Part shown: positions 61,092 through 64,000 of the stretch, one piece after another | How positions within the stretch are numbered: position 1 is the first letter of the stretch | Layout of the letters: each line of letters begins with the position of its first letter | Source: Phoronis australis | Taxonomy: Eukaryota; Animalia; Phoronida | Length of the DNA stretch: 64,000 bases | Direction of reading: 5' to 3' | Assembly: GCA_002633005.1 (NCBI GenBank) | Contig: NMRA01000097.1 | Span: 509,721-573,720 of the forward strand | Made by a program: the position numbers and the translations under genes | Notes under the pieces: generated by a model | The model's input: the letters and a program-made list of their open reading frames with translations, nothing else | What the model was told of the DNA's origin: nothing | Database searches by the model: none

Positions 61092-64000
61092 TTAAGGATA
61101 TTTTTGAGAGTGACAATGGGGCTATTCGGAAAATCCACATTAACTAGAGGGCGCGCGTGTACTAGTGGTGATAGATTAACAGCCTCGATTTCGCGAGCCC
61201 TTTAAATACATGGTGAAATGGCTTGCAGCCGTGCCAACTGAATCAGAGATTGCGTGAAAAGGGTGCTTCTATGAGAGGAAGTAAGCACGGCCTTATGCAA
61301 AGGTAAGGTTTGCGATTATTTTAACGATTATTCCATGGTTATTCTACCGATGCCTGTTAACTGAGCTACTCGCCGATGTCGACTTCGCGGCAGTCGCGAG
61401 TCGGGTTAATCTTTGTTTGTTGTGATATGTGATACGATACATGACGTAGCAATCGGAATCTTCTCGTACATCAAAGCATTATTATTGTTTGGAATGATTT
61501 CTAACAATTTATCAGTGACAGTTACATCAATCAATGCTTAATGTTTATGCTGTCAACTCGATACAGGTTAATGAGTTAAGATTACAATCCAAGCCCACTG
61601 GCAAAGCGGGGTACATGACTAATATCCATTGCATTAGACTATTTGTTTACTCCCTATCATATGTATTCTGGAAATCTATTACACGTTGAAATGGAAATCT
61701 ATCACGTATGTTTTCACGTAACCTTTGGTTTTTAGGTTTGAGAGCTTGTACCGTGCAGAGGAGATATGCATCGCTTCTACACCGTCCCTGGATCGACAAA
61801 AATTGGTTTTTAGCATTTGACTGCAGCTAACCAACAAGATCTTCCCATCCAGTGCAGATCTTTTTTCAGAGCCTAATTTCAATATTGGAGGAAACGAACA
61901 AAACCTTTGCAAAGGAACAGCTATTTTTAAAGAAAGGTATGTAAGTCATTTTGTTAATTTACTTAGTCAGGTCCTTAGCGGGGGATTGGCATGGGAGGTT
62001 GAGGTTGTAATATTAGGTACAACTGAATGTGTGGAAATAACAGGTAATACATGTTTGGGGAAAAGAGCATGGTGAGGTAATTCTTAACCTTCATGAAGTC
62101 CCTTCAAGTTGATTTCTTGAAACTGTTTTGCTACTTGTATTTAATTGTAAACCCGTGAAAATATTTTACATTTTCTGAATTCACAGTGACTGAATAGTCT
62201 TAACTCATGCCTTGAAATGTTGCAAGTCGTTATAAACTCAAATGACAGCCATTTTGTGAAAATTGCATTTTTGATGGTGCCTTACGATTTGTAATTACTC
62301 TTAAACAACAAAAAGATTAATCATCAGTTTTAAATGACCCAAATCTTCATATCTTCTATTAGAAGAAAAATTAAAAGTCTGAGAAATGGTTCCCTAAACC
62401 TTAGACTAGAAGTATTCTTGACAGACCCATGAACCTGTAATCGGAGTTTAAAATAGCTGAAAGTATCAAAATTAAAAAGGCTTGAAAATGGGTAACAAAG
62501 TATTGAAATTGTCTCAAAAAACTTGTATATTTTGCACAAAAGTGATGCGTTTAAAGAATTGTTATGGCTAGGAATAAAAAATAAAGACACAGTTTTATGC
62601 AATACTTATTATATACAACCTCAGTTTTTGAACATAGGTAGTAATTATTTAATTTTATGTGAAACTGTAGAGCAGTCACCATATATTTTTGAAAAACAGA
62701 GATAACATTTTTGACCCAATCTGGAGTACTTAATTATTCATAATTCAGTATTTTTTCCAGGTTCTGTGACATTTTAAAGCCACTTCAAGCTGTATCATAG
62801 ACAAGCTTTGTTACTCCGTTCTCTTCCCACAGCACTTCCACACACCAGCAGTGCTGCATGGTACAATGTACAAGACAGTGGCCCTGGAGAAATGTGAATC
62901 GCAGTACTAAGTTACCATAAGACAATGTGCCAGTGGACTGTCTGTGTATTCAGACGAACTATATCTGACTGCTACACAAGTAAGCCTTGTTGGTGAGGAT
63001 ACCCTTTCATAGGCAATGAGTCATGTGTGGACAATAGCTTATTTCCTTTCGTGGAAGACACATGAGGGACTGAAGCTAAAGAAGACCTAGTGACACTCTG
63101 GTCTACTCCAAGGGTCTGATTTTGGGCTCAAAACGATTCAAGTGATATGCTGCTGCGTTTACCTTCAAGTGTCTAATTGTGGATGTCATTGAGGCTGAAT
63201 CAGGTTACATGAAAGAAAGCCACGTGTTGAAACTAGACCTTTTTTACAAGCGCTTCTATAGGCCATTGAAACTAGTTCCCAATGAAATGAAAGCCAAAAG
63301 CTGAGTGAATTAAATTTTCCTTTCAGACGAAATGCTTTATACTATTGGTAAAACCTTTTCAATTTGGTACACATCATGGGGAAATGACATTCAGTGACTG
63401 CATCGATTGTCTTATTGTATGTTTTCAATTGTAGCTAGCTGGATAAGTATTTGCTATGCACAAGATTCGAAAATAAACAATTATCAGTGTATATAAAAAC
63501 AAATGGCAAATTGAAAAAGCACAGAAAGAAACAACATTGCGACAGAGTCCATAATCAGGCATATCAAGTGCTAATTTCTGAATTAGGTTCAATTCTCTCA
63601 GGTTATTGCTGAAGGATTGCTTTTCACTTTGTCCAAAGGTAAAATAGATGGTCGGGCGGTTGGTTTCAGTTGTTTTCTCTCACCTGTAACAGAATAGTCG
63701 GAGAAATATTAGCAAATTGTAAAGGAAAACACAAGATAAAACTACTTTTGTAAGGCAGAACATACTTGACATTTCATCTTCATGTTTAAATGTAGAAACT
63801 AATAACCTTTGTACCCAAGTCTTATTTAATATCTAAATTAAAATATGTGAAACAGGCTAAAAGTGATTTAACAATGTGTATTTTTCATGACACTTAAAAT
63901 GTGCTTCTGATCTCAACAAGTAAAATTCATTCTAGGTGTCAATTTTTTTTCCAATGCAATGTTACGACATTTACTGAATTAAGGCTTATTCATGTTAATT

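Noticed and set aside
61290-62900. Possible plus-strand spliced transcript (donor ~61304, exons ~61736-61937 and ~62833)
   Set aside because: Splice-like signals only, with no convincing reading frame or domain; cannot be supported without RNA data.

Overview
This is AT-rich, repeat-dense eukaryotic DNA. The repeat and domain content suggests a marine invertebrate, but the taxon cannot be fixed from the sequence. The main feature is a minus-strand gene spanning at least 45 kb that the ORF track mostly misses. Eleven GT-AG exons with mutually compatible phases (45625 to 369, continuing past the window start) join into a 628-codon open frame. The frame encodes a signal peptide, a PAN/Apple domain, a Cys-rich module, a CTHRC1 C-terminal domain, a fibronectin type II domain and two more CTHRC1 C-terminal domains, with no collagen repeat. 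The introns and flanks hold decayed transposons: a pogo/Tigger-type element whose transposase carries an OTU protease-like domain; Kolobok-like TTAA elements with THAP remnants; AcademX, Penelope-like, CR1/L2-like and Gypsy-gag remnants; MITEs; and a hairpin-ended repeat with a tRNA-like module. One Kolobok-like family has ~300-bp arms, and two inverted copies bracket an intronless 338-aa orphan ORF. All calls come from manual reading and motif recall; no database search was run.
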